Of a DNA stretch of 64,000 nucleotides, positions 33,761-47,800 are shown piece by piece; positions within the stretch are counted from its first letter, which is position 1, and each line of letters opens with the position of its first letter. The notes beneath the pieces are model-generated. The model did no database searches, had not been told where the DNA came from, and was given only the letters and a program-made list of their open reading frames with translations. Source of the stretch: Balanoglossus misakiensis (Eukaryota; Animalia; Hemichordata); contig CM082598.2 in NCBI GenBank assembly GCA_040954595.2, positions 3,293,154-3,357,153 of the forward strand, given 5' to 3'. A program made the position numbers and the translations under genes.

Positions 33761-34725
33761 AGTAATTGCTTAATGAAGTTTTGTCGAAAGCCAAAGCTAA
33801 TTAAAATATGTGCTACTTCATTATTTTAATGATGATTAGCATCTCGGTATCTTCATATCAATTGTGTATGTTCCAGTGCTGAATAAAAATATGTGGTACA
33901 AAATATTTATGTTCAAGTGTACGATGATTAAAACAGGAAGAACCCCTTATCATACAGCTATATCTTCTTGACAAACAAATGGATACCAAACCACACGAAT
34001 AATCTTACTAGGGACGGCACAGAAATTATAGGGGGAGAGTTGTTTTTAGGGGGTGGCCATTTCGCGCAAGCATTTTAAAAGGTCATGGAAATTTGCACAT
34101 GGTTTAGCCACCAGAGCAAGAAATCCTTCATACTAGTACTGTGCACGGTTGGATCAGAGGTTAACTCTATTCAAGGCAGATTTCACTGCCCTGGATACTA
34201 GTACAGTAACTTTAAAAGTTTATGCACGTCCCTGCATATAATGGAGTGGTAGACGAATTGTGAACTGTTAAAGTAAGTAGTAAACCTTCACACAGTACAG
34301 TCAGTGAAGCTTCACAAACAATTTTATGAGATAGAAAGAAGCAGAGTAAATGCCATTTATTCAGGAGCCATCAATGCAAACAAAACCTTTTGACACCAGT
34401 GACCCGGTTCCACTAACCTGCATCATTGGAATGCATGTTAAATTGGCCAACCCAACTAGGCTAAATCACGCAAAATTCATCTAGTCAATAATTTGGTTTT
34501 CCTATCTTGTAGTGGGGGTCGATCACACATTATCTTATTCCTATTTATTCTTAGGATGATTTTTTCTTACTAATCGAATTGGTACAGGCGCGTTTAAAAT
34601 CGTTCAAAGAAAGATAAAGAATAAAAGTTGACCTCGAAACATAATTTACATCAAGGCTCAACCTTAAATGGCGTTCACAATTCTCTAAGGCCCTTAGTTG
34701 CATAGCTTAATAACAACGACCAGCT

Positions 34726-37476
34726 ATGGATATCCACATCGCTCTCGTTGCCATTCTGACATGGATGTTCTCTAGCGCATCTGGGCAAGACGATATGGAT
34801 GTACTCATCATCGACGAGCCTGCTGGCGAGTGGAAATTCGACTCCTTGCGCCCAGACGAGCAGCCCTGCTTTGCGTACACGGAGTGCGGTCGCATTGAAG
34901 GACGCACCAACCAAGGCGTGCACGTCTTCAAAGGTGTCCCCTACGCCAAACCACCTGTTAAAGAACTGCGTTGGAGACCACCGGTCTCGTTGAAAGAGGG
35001 CAAGGAGTGTTGGGCGGGTACCTTCCCAGCCACACAATTCGGCCCATACTGTTCCCAATTTCACTTCAATCTGGGACTAATCGGGGAAGAAGACTGTCTA
35101 CATTTAAACGTCTACACGCCTTCTTTGGACCCGACAGCTGATCTGCCCGTCATGGTTTGGATACATGGGGGGAGTTTTACAGCATGTGGCTCAGCCGAAT
35201 TCGGTTACCACCCGAACGAGACAACCGTTCATGACACGGGTATGGTTTATGTAACTTTTAATTACAGAATAAACAGTTTCGGCTTCCTTGCTCTTGATAT
35301 TTTATCAGAACAATCGGAAACAAAGACCTCGGGAAATTATGGAATTTTGGACCAAATCTTGGTTTTAAAATGGGTACGGGACAACATCCAAAACTTCGGC
35401 GGGGATCCTGACTCGGTTACTATATTCGGACAAAGTTCAGGGGGCACAGCGGTGATGGTGCTCGCTGTGTCTCCGTTGGCAAGAGGTCTTTTCCACCGCG
35501 GATGGATGTCCAGCGGCTCTCCTCGTTTGGACATCACGCTCGAGCAGGCTTCCCGGGACAACTTGGTCTTCCTCGAGAGGTCCAACTGCAGCGACATCGA
35601 GTGCCTTTACTCCCTGACGCCCGAAGAGGTGGTCATGGCCAGCCCCATCGATGTCTTCCCGTACTGGGGGTCAGTGTACACGGGATCCCTGCCCAAGAAA
35701 GACTTCATAGGTGGTGCAGTATGCGTTGTGGATGGGCACGTTCTCCCCTTTGATCCAATGACCGCCTGGGAGAAAGGGAAATCGAACGATGTGCCACTGG
35801 TAATAGGTGAGACAGATTTTGAAATTAGAAGATCTAGACTGCCACGCACCATGTCCCACTTACCATAGACACAGGTGGTATTGGTTCATCCCTTGGCACT
35901 CCACAAAAACAGCCACACTTAAGGCAAAACCTCTACCACTTTCATTAAAGCATAGAAAAAGCATTCCTTTATTGAAACATTCCACATTTTGCAGGCAAGC
36001 AAAACACTAAAACACAAGTGAACTACACCAGCGACACAGACAATCGAACACGCAGGCGCAGTCAGTGCTGATCTGGTTTGACGTTCACTGACCCCTTCGT
36101 GGCCTTTACTGTTCCACGCCCCTTTATTTAAATCTCCGACAGACAGTGAAATAGTGTTTCCATCCTATGAAACGCCTGTTAATTTTAATGGTAAATCGTA
36201 CAGCATTATTTCACGGTCACTCCTGTGTGGAGTGACCATGATTATTTGAACTCGTTGGTTACTGGGCGTCATATCATTGACATAAACTTACAATAAACAG
36301 ATGTGGTTAGCTCAAAGTTGTGAACGGTGTCTACTATTTAATGGATCTTTCATACTATTCTGCACCTTTCATGTAGGCACCACAGCTCAAGAAATTGACT
36401 TCTTACCCAAAACTCCCAAGATACAGTATTGGTCATGGCAAGAGTACGAAGACCATGTGAAAGGTAAGGAACCGGCGGAGCCATCTAAACTTACAAATGG
36501 AAAGTGTCAGTTTCTGCTTCAATGAGTAAACTGCAGTCACGGTATGGAGGTCATACTAAAAACGATTTCAAAATATGGTGCACGATATACAAGGTGTTAT
36601 CATCGTCATCACATTTTATCGTGACATATGATTCAACTCAAACCAGACAAAAGTTAACCTTGATGCGCCTAGTATGGATCACATATATACCATGATGAGT
36701 GGGTAAGAGAACCGGTTCGCGTACTTGTTTTTGATATTTATAAGTTAACTTACTTTTAACTCAAACGGTGGTACGAATATGGAAGCTGGTATTTTCAAGC
36801 ATCAAAACGACTCCTTAAAGGGCTGCTATAAAACTGCAGAGAATTTTGATGATGTTTCAGTTACTTTTTTAGAACATTTTCCCGTCGTAACCGTAGCTAC
36901 CCAGAAACGTATGTACAGGTAATTGTGAGCTGTATCAATCCGCACATTGCAGAAACACTGGATATGTTTGGAACAGACATACGGAAGAAAGCTATGGAGC
37001 TGTACCCTTACAACAAGTCCGAAGACACTCCCGAACTCGTTCTGACTACCATGGCGAGTGATATTGTCATCAACTGCGGTGCTACCCGAGTCGCTAAACA
37101 GGCTGCTCGGGCGTCGAAGTCGCCAGTGTATCGCTACATTGCCAATTGGTGGCCCTCCGTACCGTTCACATATCTCGGGTGGCCATGGAAACCCCGCTAC
37201 GCTTTCCATCTGTCGGACATTTTTGCATTTTGGGGTTTTCTCCCTTATTATATGCCAAATCCTACAGAAGAAGACAAGGCGTTCCAAAACCTGATGCAAA
37301 AAGTCATTGGACATTTTGCCAGAAGGGGCGTCATGCCCGAAGATTTGAACTGGCCCGTAGAACCTGATGGCTTGGCAATGATTAGCAGTGTACTAACCCC
37401 ACTTGAAGATTATCACGTAAACGAGTGCGAATTCTGGAAGGAGAGCGGATTTTACAACTACACATGGATGAGCTGA
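34726..37476 (+). CDS. Secreted type-B carboxylesterase/cholinesterase-like alpha/beta hydrolase, 3 exons (34726-35806, 36377-36463, 36953-37476)
   Basis: Signal peptide; FKGVPYAKPP, EDCLHLNVY, WIHGGS, GNYGILDQ, NFGGDP, nucleophile GQSSG; acid in GTTAQE; His in YAFH; phase-1 GT-AG introns. Confidence 0.93.
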
Positions 37477-40400
37477 ATTTTGACAACACTGTTCTGACGT
37501 TGTATGCTTGTCAGAAAACATTTAACTCACTTGCTCCACATTAGCTTTTAATACGTAATACTGGACTATCAACTTATTCACCATTTTAAAATGTCACCCA
37601 ATATTTTTCACTGTGCTACTCTTAAATGCGTTTTTCATTAATTAAAGCTTAATTATATGCTCTCAGTATTTATGTGACCGGAACCACAGACAGTCTACTG
37701 TCTATGCCGGAACTCAAAGGGGTCCTTCACATGCAGATCTGGTTGTGGAAACACAGCTGTACCGTGCTGGGGAATCAGCATACCATCATCCAGCACGGTG
37801 GGCCTACAGCTGCGTTTCCACACAAGATTAACAGACGCGAGGTCTCCTTCACTATGTATGTCTGACATGACTCCTGGTGAAGGTTTACTCACGTTTAATC
37901 CTGGTTTACACCCAAGGCGGCAAACCACATTTCCAGCAAGCACGAGGGGAGCAGCCATTACACAGGAGTCAAAACGAGGCTGTTGTGACATGTGGGGGCA
38001 CCGTCGGAAATCCCAAGCACGCCCCCATCGGCCGTTCCTGGGACAAGAACTGGAACACAGCGCACCCAACGTCCCTTTTATGACATCACACGTGCTGCTC
38101 CTCAACCAATCACACCTATGCCATTATCGTTGTTGCATGCTTCATCGACGCGACTTTGGGCTAAATTTCAATGCATTTCAACCAACTTTAGAGCTCAAGA
38201 CTTCCCCCATATCACTTTCAGGACTGGTTTTGAGAAAATATACATACAACGTACCTGGAGGAGGTGTCAGCCCGATCAAACCAATCCACTCTAAAGTTCA
38301 TAGGTCAAATATCCAGTATTGACATAGCCAGTTGCATAGTCTGGTCAATATTAGTCTAGTCAATCTACGAGATTTGGGCACCTAACCCACCAAAAATTGC
38401 AACAGAATTTTTTCTTCATTGGAGAGGTCTCTAGAACAACATATTAAAAATGACACTTCATACACATGGCATTTTTGATTTGGTTGGTGCTAATGAAATA
38501 TTTATTTGAAAGATGGCAAACAAACACAAACACATATCATTTGAAAGTTCGAGAAAGGTTTGAAAAATTAATTTGAAATTGAAAGTATGTCTGTAAATAT
38601 ATATACATACTAGATGAAAAGAGTGTTTGACTCAAGATTTGCAGCTTCAAGTTACTAGATGCAGTCATCAATAAAATTTAACACCCAGACTTTGTCAAAG
38701 TAAATGAATGTTTGAAAACGCATCTTGAAATGCAGCATCTACAATCTAGCCAATGGAAGTGATAATTATAAACATGGCGGTTAATCCAATTTGAAATTAA
38801 AATACTCTACTGAAAAATAAAATTCATGCATGTGACTAAATAGAAACCTGTGTAAACTTTACATTTTTTTCAAAGGTGACCAGACAACATACCAATGACT
38901 ACGTTAATTGATCATACTGCTTTGGGAAACGAATTCTGTGCAATTTCTGCCGTGTAAAAGAACATGTGATCAGATGGTTTCAAGGAGTTAGCTAAAATTG
39001 TCTCATAAAACATGTAATATTGTAACAAAAAATTCCAAATGACCGATATCAAAACTTTAATAACAAACCTGTTTGTAATAGTTATCTTGTTGGTCTAGCG
39101 ATTTGCACTGCTGCAGGTGATATAACATGACAATAGTTGCATTGGTTACATACACAACAAGATACTAAGGTGTTCACCTATAGTTGAAGTACCATGTTCA
39201 AGGGACAAATCTACTCAATCATTTTCCACAATATGATTTTTTGATAATTAAATAATTTTTTATCCTGTTCACTGACATATTGTTATAAAAATAACTGATG
39301 CAGGATAGAGACACAGATTGCCTTTGAACCTGAACCACCTTTGGTTCAGGGGTTACGTGAAAGTGTGTGTATGCTATCTGTACCAGCTGGAGAATTATCA
39401 AATGCAAATTGTTACCATGGGAATAACTGTATAAGTAAATAACATATCTACATGTACGTAACGAGTTATGCTTTGATACACATAACCTCTTCCATTAATT
39501 TATGCTTTGTAACTATAATCACAAGTGACAGAGAAACATGCAAAGTAAAATTCATAAAGCAACAGTTTAAACAGTATATCAAATAAAAAAAATCCACTTT
39601 CATCACATAGAGACAATCTTGGTATTTTGATTTGCCAGGTAAAATTTTAACTTACATGATGAAAATATCAAGGATATAGTTTGTAAATAAACCTTATTAT
39701 CAGGTACTCCAATACATAAAAAACATGATTGTCTTCATATTTGGAAGGGTCTAAATTAGAAATGGCTTAAAATATCAGATCGGACATATATCAGTAGAAC
39801 TCTCAAATGCTTAACTTTGAAGGCCGGTAACATGGACCATGTTATGTACATATTAGGGTAAGGTTGGAGGAATTTTTTCAAGCAAGAAATTATTGAATAA
39901 TGACACTTATGGGCATATACATTGTTTGGGCATTGCAACTGCTTACAACACACTCACATGACAGACTAACATATGACTTAATGTATCTTCACAATTGTTT
40001 GGACAGTATGCACCATATTGTCTTCTGTAATAATGTGCCTCAGAAAATAACAAGTATGATATCACATTTCATGTAAATATACAACTAAAATGACTTTGTA
40101 ATTAAAAAAAAACCTGACTGGTTACTGACTGTTAAAGGGACCCAGTTGTCCAGACCATATGTTGTAGTAGATCATAGTGAGAACATATACTTTTGCGTAC
40201 ATGTACATGCTTTGCCAGAATTGGTCGAGTTTTGGTTCAAGTCTGGAGTGCAACAGAGACACTAAAATTGGCTCACGACCTTCAATAGTTTTTCATTCTA
40301 TCTTCAAACAATCACCACATTCTTTTACTCATCATGTAATAATTATTATCTAGATATTGCGACGTGTAGTTCACTGCTACAAGTTGACAAATGAGTCCCT

Positions 40401-41213
40401 TAAAGATATACCTAGAAAGAATAGCATGTCTAGAAGGTCTACATTTTCTCATTTAAGGTTCAAAAATCCAGAAAGAATCATATGCCACATATGCATAAAT
40501 GATGTGAAATGCACCATAAACATTAGCATAACATGAAGCAAATATGGAGATCAACATATTAACACTTCTATTGAATAATTTATGTTAAACACATTCTCTG
40601 TTATATGACATCCTACCACAATGACAATAATCTGCATATTTAATAGATACAACTGTTCACAATGCAATTTCTCACTTAAATATATACATACTTTGACATT
40701 AATACTCTACATAATATATATTAGAGATAGATATACATTTTCATATACTCTATGACAAAGGTTTTAAATGTTATACTCTCATAATCGCGTACCAGCACAG
40801 AGATTAACTTGACTACTGAAAACAACATTTAACCACAGGCGTAGTGGTAAAGACTCAAATATTTCCCGCTTGTAAAGTCGGTTACTGTCAAATTTGATTG
40901 CCCTAAGGGTCAAAGATCAAAAGGTAGAAAGACATAGGCTGCACCGAAGTGGATTGCCCCTGGGTCAAAGGTCAAATGGTAGAAATATATGTTTCACTAA
41001 AATGGGTTACTCTACGAGTCAAATGTCATATGGTAGAAATACACACACTGCTCTATCGCTACGCAGTCTAATTGTTGCACAACGTTTATAATATCTGTAA
41101 CCCTTTCACCTCAATGGATGATGCCAAATGTATTGTATTCTTTCAGAAAACTAGGCCTGTATGCGTCGGTTTTGTGTTTGTAAACAGTGAATTTAGAGCA
41201 AAGAGTTGGCTGA

Positions 41214-41307
41214 CCACACCTTTTTGCCACTATGGTTTACTCCAAATCCATTGTTTTCAATGGCAAAGTTTGACCACTATGCAAATTAACAGGGGTGAAA
41301 GGGTTAC
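41214..41307. mobile_element. Inverted degenerate copy of the ~93-bp MITE, downstream of the DGK stop (probable 3'UTR)
   Basis: CCTTTTTGCCACTATGGTTT ... AACAGGGGTGAAAGGGTTAC, the reverse-complement layout of 6535-6628. Confidence 0.55.
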
Positions 41308-41842
41308 CATCAAATGATAAAGTCATCATATATTTTTCACAACAGCCAGATCATGAGCGCGGCAAACTTTTGTATGTTTCCATATAGGAGTACAACACAG
41401 CTTTGTTATAAATTATGAACAGACAGAGAATGAAACTGTGATTCCCTCAAAATTGTTATGTAACAAACTTCCAGATTACACGTTGTAGTAAAATTTTGAT
41501 CAACAGGAAAAGTTCAATTTCTTCTGCATTTCAGTACAGTTGTACCGTATAAAGTTTTGAAGTGATAGCCTGCTATACATTTGTATGTTGAAGTGATATG
41601 TGACTACTTATAAAGTTTCATTGCGTAGGGTTCCTTTCCCAAACTCATCGATCTTTCACTCGAAAAAAAAAGGATCACAGCTCTCTCATTTGCTATAGTT
41701 AAGATAAAGTTCCCTTTTGAATACAAAACCAAAACCTGTAACGAGTTGATAAATAAAGTTGTACGTTAAAATTCAGTCCACTGCTTGTTTACAATAGCTT
41801 TTAAACCTCCTGATATCGCTTGTCCGGAACTTTTGATGTGAA

Positions 41843-44800
41843 CTAAACTGCTGTTTCTTGGTCTTCAGACACGATAAGTTGGTAGTGTTCCTTACCTGGA
41901 AATGTTCGATCAAAAACCAAAAGGTGAGCATTACAGGTACTCCATGGAAGTAGGTTCTATGACAGCTAGTTGAATAGTCATTTCCCTACCAGAAAAGGGA
42001 TAGGATGTGTTGTCCAAACGGCGGTACACTTCATGCAAATGATACCTTATTAAATATACTTAGATGATGTGGTTCTAGTGTGGGGTACATGGGGTGAAAA
42101 TCGCTTAGAAACAGAAAACCCAACTCCCACAATACTGATGACTCGTCTTATAAGAGCAAATGTATTCAAAAAGATAAGTGCAGAGATTCTTTCTGTAGTG
42201 GAAAAAACCACCGCAATTCGAGACAAGTGTAGATCACCATTTCTTCTACTTCCAACACAAGGTAATCTTGTGACAAGCAAATCATGAAACGTTGCCAGTA
42301 CATACTGGCCCATGTAGAAAACTTACTCTCCAGAAATGCAGCCAGCTCATTATCGTCTGCTTTTAGGGCTTGAAGACGGGGTGTATTGCCTTGATAGTCG
42401 GTTTTGGTTAGCGACGCTCCTGCAGCCACCAGCATCCGACAAATTGTGCGGCGCTGATACCACGCCGCTTTGTGCAGTGCCGTCTGACACTTCTCGCGGT
42501 CGACAAGATCAAGCAGTGATTTGTCACCTATAAAATTAGGAGAATAATAACACAATTTCTTTACAATTGAATTGTCTGCTTTTCTGTGAACAGCTGAAGT
42601 TCGGACTGATTCAGAGTCAATAGTTTGAGATAAAAAAAGCTACAGGTTGTGATGATAGTCCCGTAACCATTCACAAATTTTCCTCCATGTCTGGTTCAAA
42701 AGGATATATGTTTTTTTCCCTCATTGGAACAAAATTTTACGATTAAAGAAGAAAGGATATACATAAAATAATTCATGAAGTAGTATAAAAGCCTGATGGT
42801 ACATGTAGTTGATTTTCATGACTCAAATTATTCAAACAATAGCAAAATGTACAGGACATCTTCATTGTTCTTTCTGGATTACATATATATGCTGGTCTGT
42901 AAATATGAGAATGTGAGAATTAGTGACACACTAAAATCTTCCAGTAAAAGAGTGCTTACAGTTTTCTATGATGTACTTGACTATCTCCTTGTGACCAAAC
43001 CTTGCAGCATGATGTAACGCAGTCATACCATGCTGGTCCATGGCAATGAGACTTGCTCCATTCAGGTGGAGTTCAATAAACTTTTGGATGTCTCCCCGTT
43101 TGGAAGTATCAATGAGCACTGAAACACAAGAATAAGAGATATATAGTATGTTCCTTTATAGGATTAAATAAAATTTTAAAAAAAATCTGATAAAATAGAA
43201 ATTAACGACACTTGAAATGAAAGTTTATTAGTTCTGTTAGTGTGATTACCACTGTGAATAAAACAGGACTCCTGATTGGAGGGTTATGTTCACATGATAG
43301 AGATGGAGCTCACTGATAGGCCACTTACTTTTATCATTTGGATTGAGATGAGCTGTATCTGATACTCCTGTAGGAGTTGACACCTCTCTTCTGGGAGTTA
43401 CCGGTGATGCCAGCAATGATGGTTCACTACCACTGAAATTTGCACAACATATAATACACTGTAAACATCAACAAAAACTTAACTGGGTATATCCTTAACC
43501 CAATGGAAACCTCAAAATATCTTTTTGACATGTTAACCATGTCTTAACTATCCTATGGACTTGTCCAAAGAGACAATTAATGGTAGAGGGCACTTGTTTC
43601 TATATGTAGGAATCTCTTTGTATTTTCACTGTCGTCTCTTGTAATGTTTTCTAAAATAATACTTTAGAAGCACATCACAAATTATCATATCCCACTTAGT
43701 GTATCAAAGCAGTAGGGCAGCAAAATAACGACAGTGGCACTGTAGCTCCAAAGATGTTACAGAAGACAATTATGAATTTTTTGAACATTTCACATGTACA
43801 TGGTTCATGAGTATGGGTAAGATACACATCCTTATTAAGGAGGCTACTGTAATAACTAATGGCTATTTAGATGTTCTTGTCTGTTCCTTTTGAATCAAAG
43901 CAGTGACAAAGATGATCACACCACAGAGACTATATAGTAAAGAAATAACATACATCCATACACATAAAAAATACACAGGTCAAAGGTGACCTAACGGTAA
44001 CACGTTCTACATCAGAAAAATGAAGTAGAGAAGCAACAAACAATACAAGTACAAACAAAAAATTAAAGGTGTCCCCTGTCAAATTCTATATCCACATAAT
44101 GTAGATTAGTACAAATATATTGACGCGGATAACATGAGAAGAAAAGAAACTAGTTCAAGCTGATAAAACCCAGGGAAAGTATCAATTCACATGTCCAAGC
44201 TCATCGACTAGCAAGATCTACAGCCAGGATCGGGATTTTTCTCGATCTACCCTCACACAAGGAAGAGCACATTTTGATTATTCACCAATTATCTGACTAG
44301 CATGTAACGTACAGTCAAGCAAGTGTGCCGGGTTGTATTATTATACAAGGGTCGGGGTCATTGTGTAAAGAGCTCAATCATGTAGTGCCTGAGATTCAGC
44401 CTAAACTGTGACCTATCGAACAGGATAGGATGGACTGTATTAGTATTGTCCGTAAACTTAGTGATTTAGTACTAGTATATAGCTCGAAACCAGAATGGAT
44501 ACTTGTGAGATGAGAATGAGAAAACTATCCTACGGGTTCATTGTTAATGGTATGGAAAGTGGGAAATTGATAGGAAGTCATTCATGCATGAATTTCAAGA
44601 ATAGGTTTCCAAATGAGGGGAGCGTTTTTTTGGTTATAAATATGACAGAAAGTATATGAGCTTAGACCTTTGTGCATGATAAAGTTATCTGATGAAGTAT
44701 GTTCGACTTGAAAGCATGTAGATATCTCATTTTATATATTTTTGTTGTCCTTGACATTGAGAACTGTGCAGATTTATCAGTGAATCTATGCTTGATAAAT

Positions 44801-47800
44801 ACCAGCATCAACAGGACAGTTTATATATTTGAGAAAAATAAAACATTTTTTTAATTTTTAGCTGCATACGGGCATTCAACGATTTGAAATGCAAGGGTTT
44901 CAAGGAATTCTGGCAAAAATATTTCAGATTTTTTGGACTTTATTGCAAATATCTGCATTACAAATGTTAACCATATTTCAGACTTTGTAATTCCAAGAAC
45001 ACGAGTCAGTTTAATCCAAACGTCAGTATGATACCAAAGGGGAATGAAAAGTGAATATTTTGAGAACTTTTCCCCCATTTCGATGAAAATTTACGATTCC
45101 TTTTTTGGTCCAATTTTGTCCAAGCTCAGACACCTTCCACCGTACAAAGACCCCACCATACTGTACCTGTCCGTATGGGCCACCATACTGTTTATCTGTA
45201 ATTTCTCAGCCTGGCTAAGAGGCAGAGTTATTGGCCTCTCTGTTATCGTTTCCAACAATGTGCTTAGTACACCGACAGCATGAATGAGAAAAAATACAAC
45301 CGTAGTAGAGAAAAAAAATTGACCACAGTTAACATGACTGAGGAGACAGACAGAGAAGAAGATAAAAGAAAAATGTGTGTGACTTTGACACTGACAGACT
45401 ACACATATTACAGACTACACATATTACACTGACATTTAAATGTGTATTCCATCTGTGACAAAATATGTAGTAAGTAGGGGTGGATTGAAGAGCAGCTATG
45501 GTACTTAAAAAGTCTACATGTAATAGATGGATTGTGAAATTTGTAGGCCTGTGTGATTTTAGTCATTTTAGATATAGTGGACGCAAAACTTGTTGTTTTT
45601 GGACTGATTCTTAAAAATATAGTTTTTAGAGAAAAAAACAATCAACACTGTCAAGAAAGGTGCACTGAAAAATGTTAAAAGTTGATCAATCTCTGCTAAA
45701 GGAAAGCTGTTTATGACAGAAATGGCTTGTGTGTGGTGAATATCACATATATCAAAGAAAGCAAGCAAGCATGCATGTTTATAGGTGTATAGAAAATGCA
45801 TTTATCAATGTAGGGTAATAAAAACTAAGTTCTGCTAATTCTTGTTTCGGTCCCAAGTTGAATGCACACACCACTATCAAGCATGGTGTCTGAATTTGAT
45901 GTATATGAGAAACCACTTGCAAAATGAAGAAAAACAGAAGAAAAAGTGTAAGTACAACTTAATAGAATCACAAATATATATCTACCTTGCAGCCCCATTC
46001 CCAAAGGGCCTCACAATCCCAGAATTCTCCGCTGCAGCATCATTGTTAAGTATATCCGGCATTGAATCTTGGACAGTGTTGGAAGGTTTGGTGAGTTCAG
46101 GATCAAGGACATAGAGGTCGTCAGATGAGATGTCAGTGATGTAGTGCAGGTGTTCTTGCGATCTGTCGACTCGGAAAAAACGGTCTGCCGTTGTTGCTGA
46201 AAGCAGATTAAAATTGGTCAAGTTTTTAATATAAGAAATATTGTAGATTGGTGTACAAGTTCTCCCCTTTTACAGGATATCTGCTTATTTTACTACACAT
46301 TTTAATGACAGAAGATATAATGCTTCCCATGTACTGATGTAGAAAACATAAGGAAATTTCATAGCGCTCCCAAGAGTTCATTATGCCATGCATGTGTGTA
46401 TATTATTACTTACAATCCAGGAAACACCACATAGGAGATAGACTGACTTTGTTTCCATTCGCCGAGGCTGAGTCTTGTAATATAAATACCTCTAGAAGTC
46501 TATTTATGTGAGCTCGTATCAGTTCTAGATCGCTGTCGCTGTCCACAACGATAATACCAAGAGGTACGGCTGTATATCAAAGAAATACTTTATTATTACA
46601 GGCAAGAAAGAGAACAGACTGTGGGAAGTTTGTAAAACTATGGTATTGAACGTATTCAACATCACAAAAGTTTGTCAGATTGTGGGTTAACATATACTCA
46701 CAGGCTTTTTTAAGTTTTTCTTTTTCATAGTTGAGTCTCTCATAGTCATACATGCTGATCCGACTCACTTGGATTCGAAGTCGGTCTGAGTACACGAGTG
46801 ATCTAGAAAGAACATGAAAAGAAGACCAAATGAATGCTTGCACTGGCCTTTGAAAACAACATTAGTTTTGATATAAAAATTTAATTGCCACCGATTGGTG
46901 TTTCGTCGTAAGACCACTTGCAATGTTCTTTGCTAAAACTATTTCCACTTATCAGCCAGCTAACTTACTCTGTAGAAATAGGCATTGATCCTCTCCGTTT
47001 TGGTTTCATGATCATATTGGCCTGATTCTTCAGTGTGATTTTAATGATGCTGGGTGCTAGCCTACATGGTTCACCATCTACTTGCATCGGCAGTGACTTA
47101 GTCGTTGTTATGGTGCTCTCCCTGCATTGACATAACCGTTCTCCATGACCTCCGACCTGGTTGAAAGCCTGAAACATAAAGTACAGGTGACTGTAAAATA
47201 TGCAAATTACCATATTTGTATATTCAGAAATTGCCACATTAAATATGTACCAGTATGTAAATTCACTATACCCAAATACCAATTATCATTTTGAATATGT
47301 AAATTTCAAATTAATATGCGTACTATCATACTTCAAAATTTAGATTTAATAGCTACTGTACTGGTATATGTGAAACTTGAGACGAAACTAGAGCATGTTA
47401 ACTACCATTCATATGTTTATAAAAATAAGAGGAACATTGTTTGCATTTATTGCCGGCACCAAAAAATTGAGATTAAATGGCAATTGAAAGTAAATGTTTA
47501 CTAACTATCTGAGATGGTGTGAAACCAATGACTTCAAGAAAACCATCATCGTGTCTTTGAGCTTCAAACTGAGGATAACTAGCAGTACTAGGGTTCCCCC
47601 ATGGTGTAGTGCCAGCACTATACCTGTGATAAAAAAATCATACGTAAATTAGTCAGGGTGAATGGTTTCAAATCTACTATCATTTTTTTTCAGTATTTTC
47701 ATTCCTTCTATTACCGGTAAATGCAATTTCTAGTACAAGAACTCTGAGACAGCTTGTTCTGTGAGACTCGAGAACACAAGATCTTGTCAGTTGTTTGTCG

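Noticed and set aside
37674-38322. Overlapping ORFs of 100-174 aa downstream of the esterase
   Set aside because: No recognisable domain, splice structure or reliable ATG start; probably non-coding.
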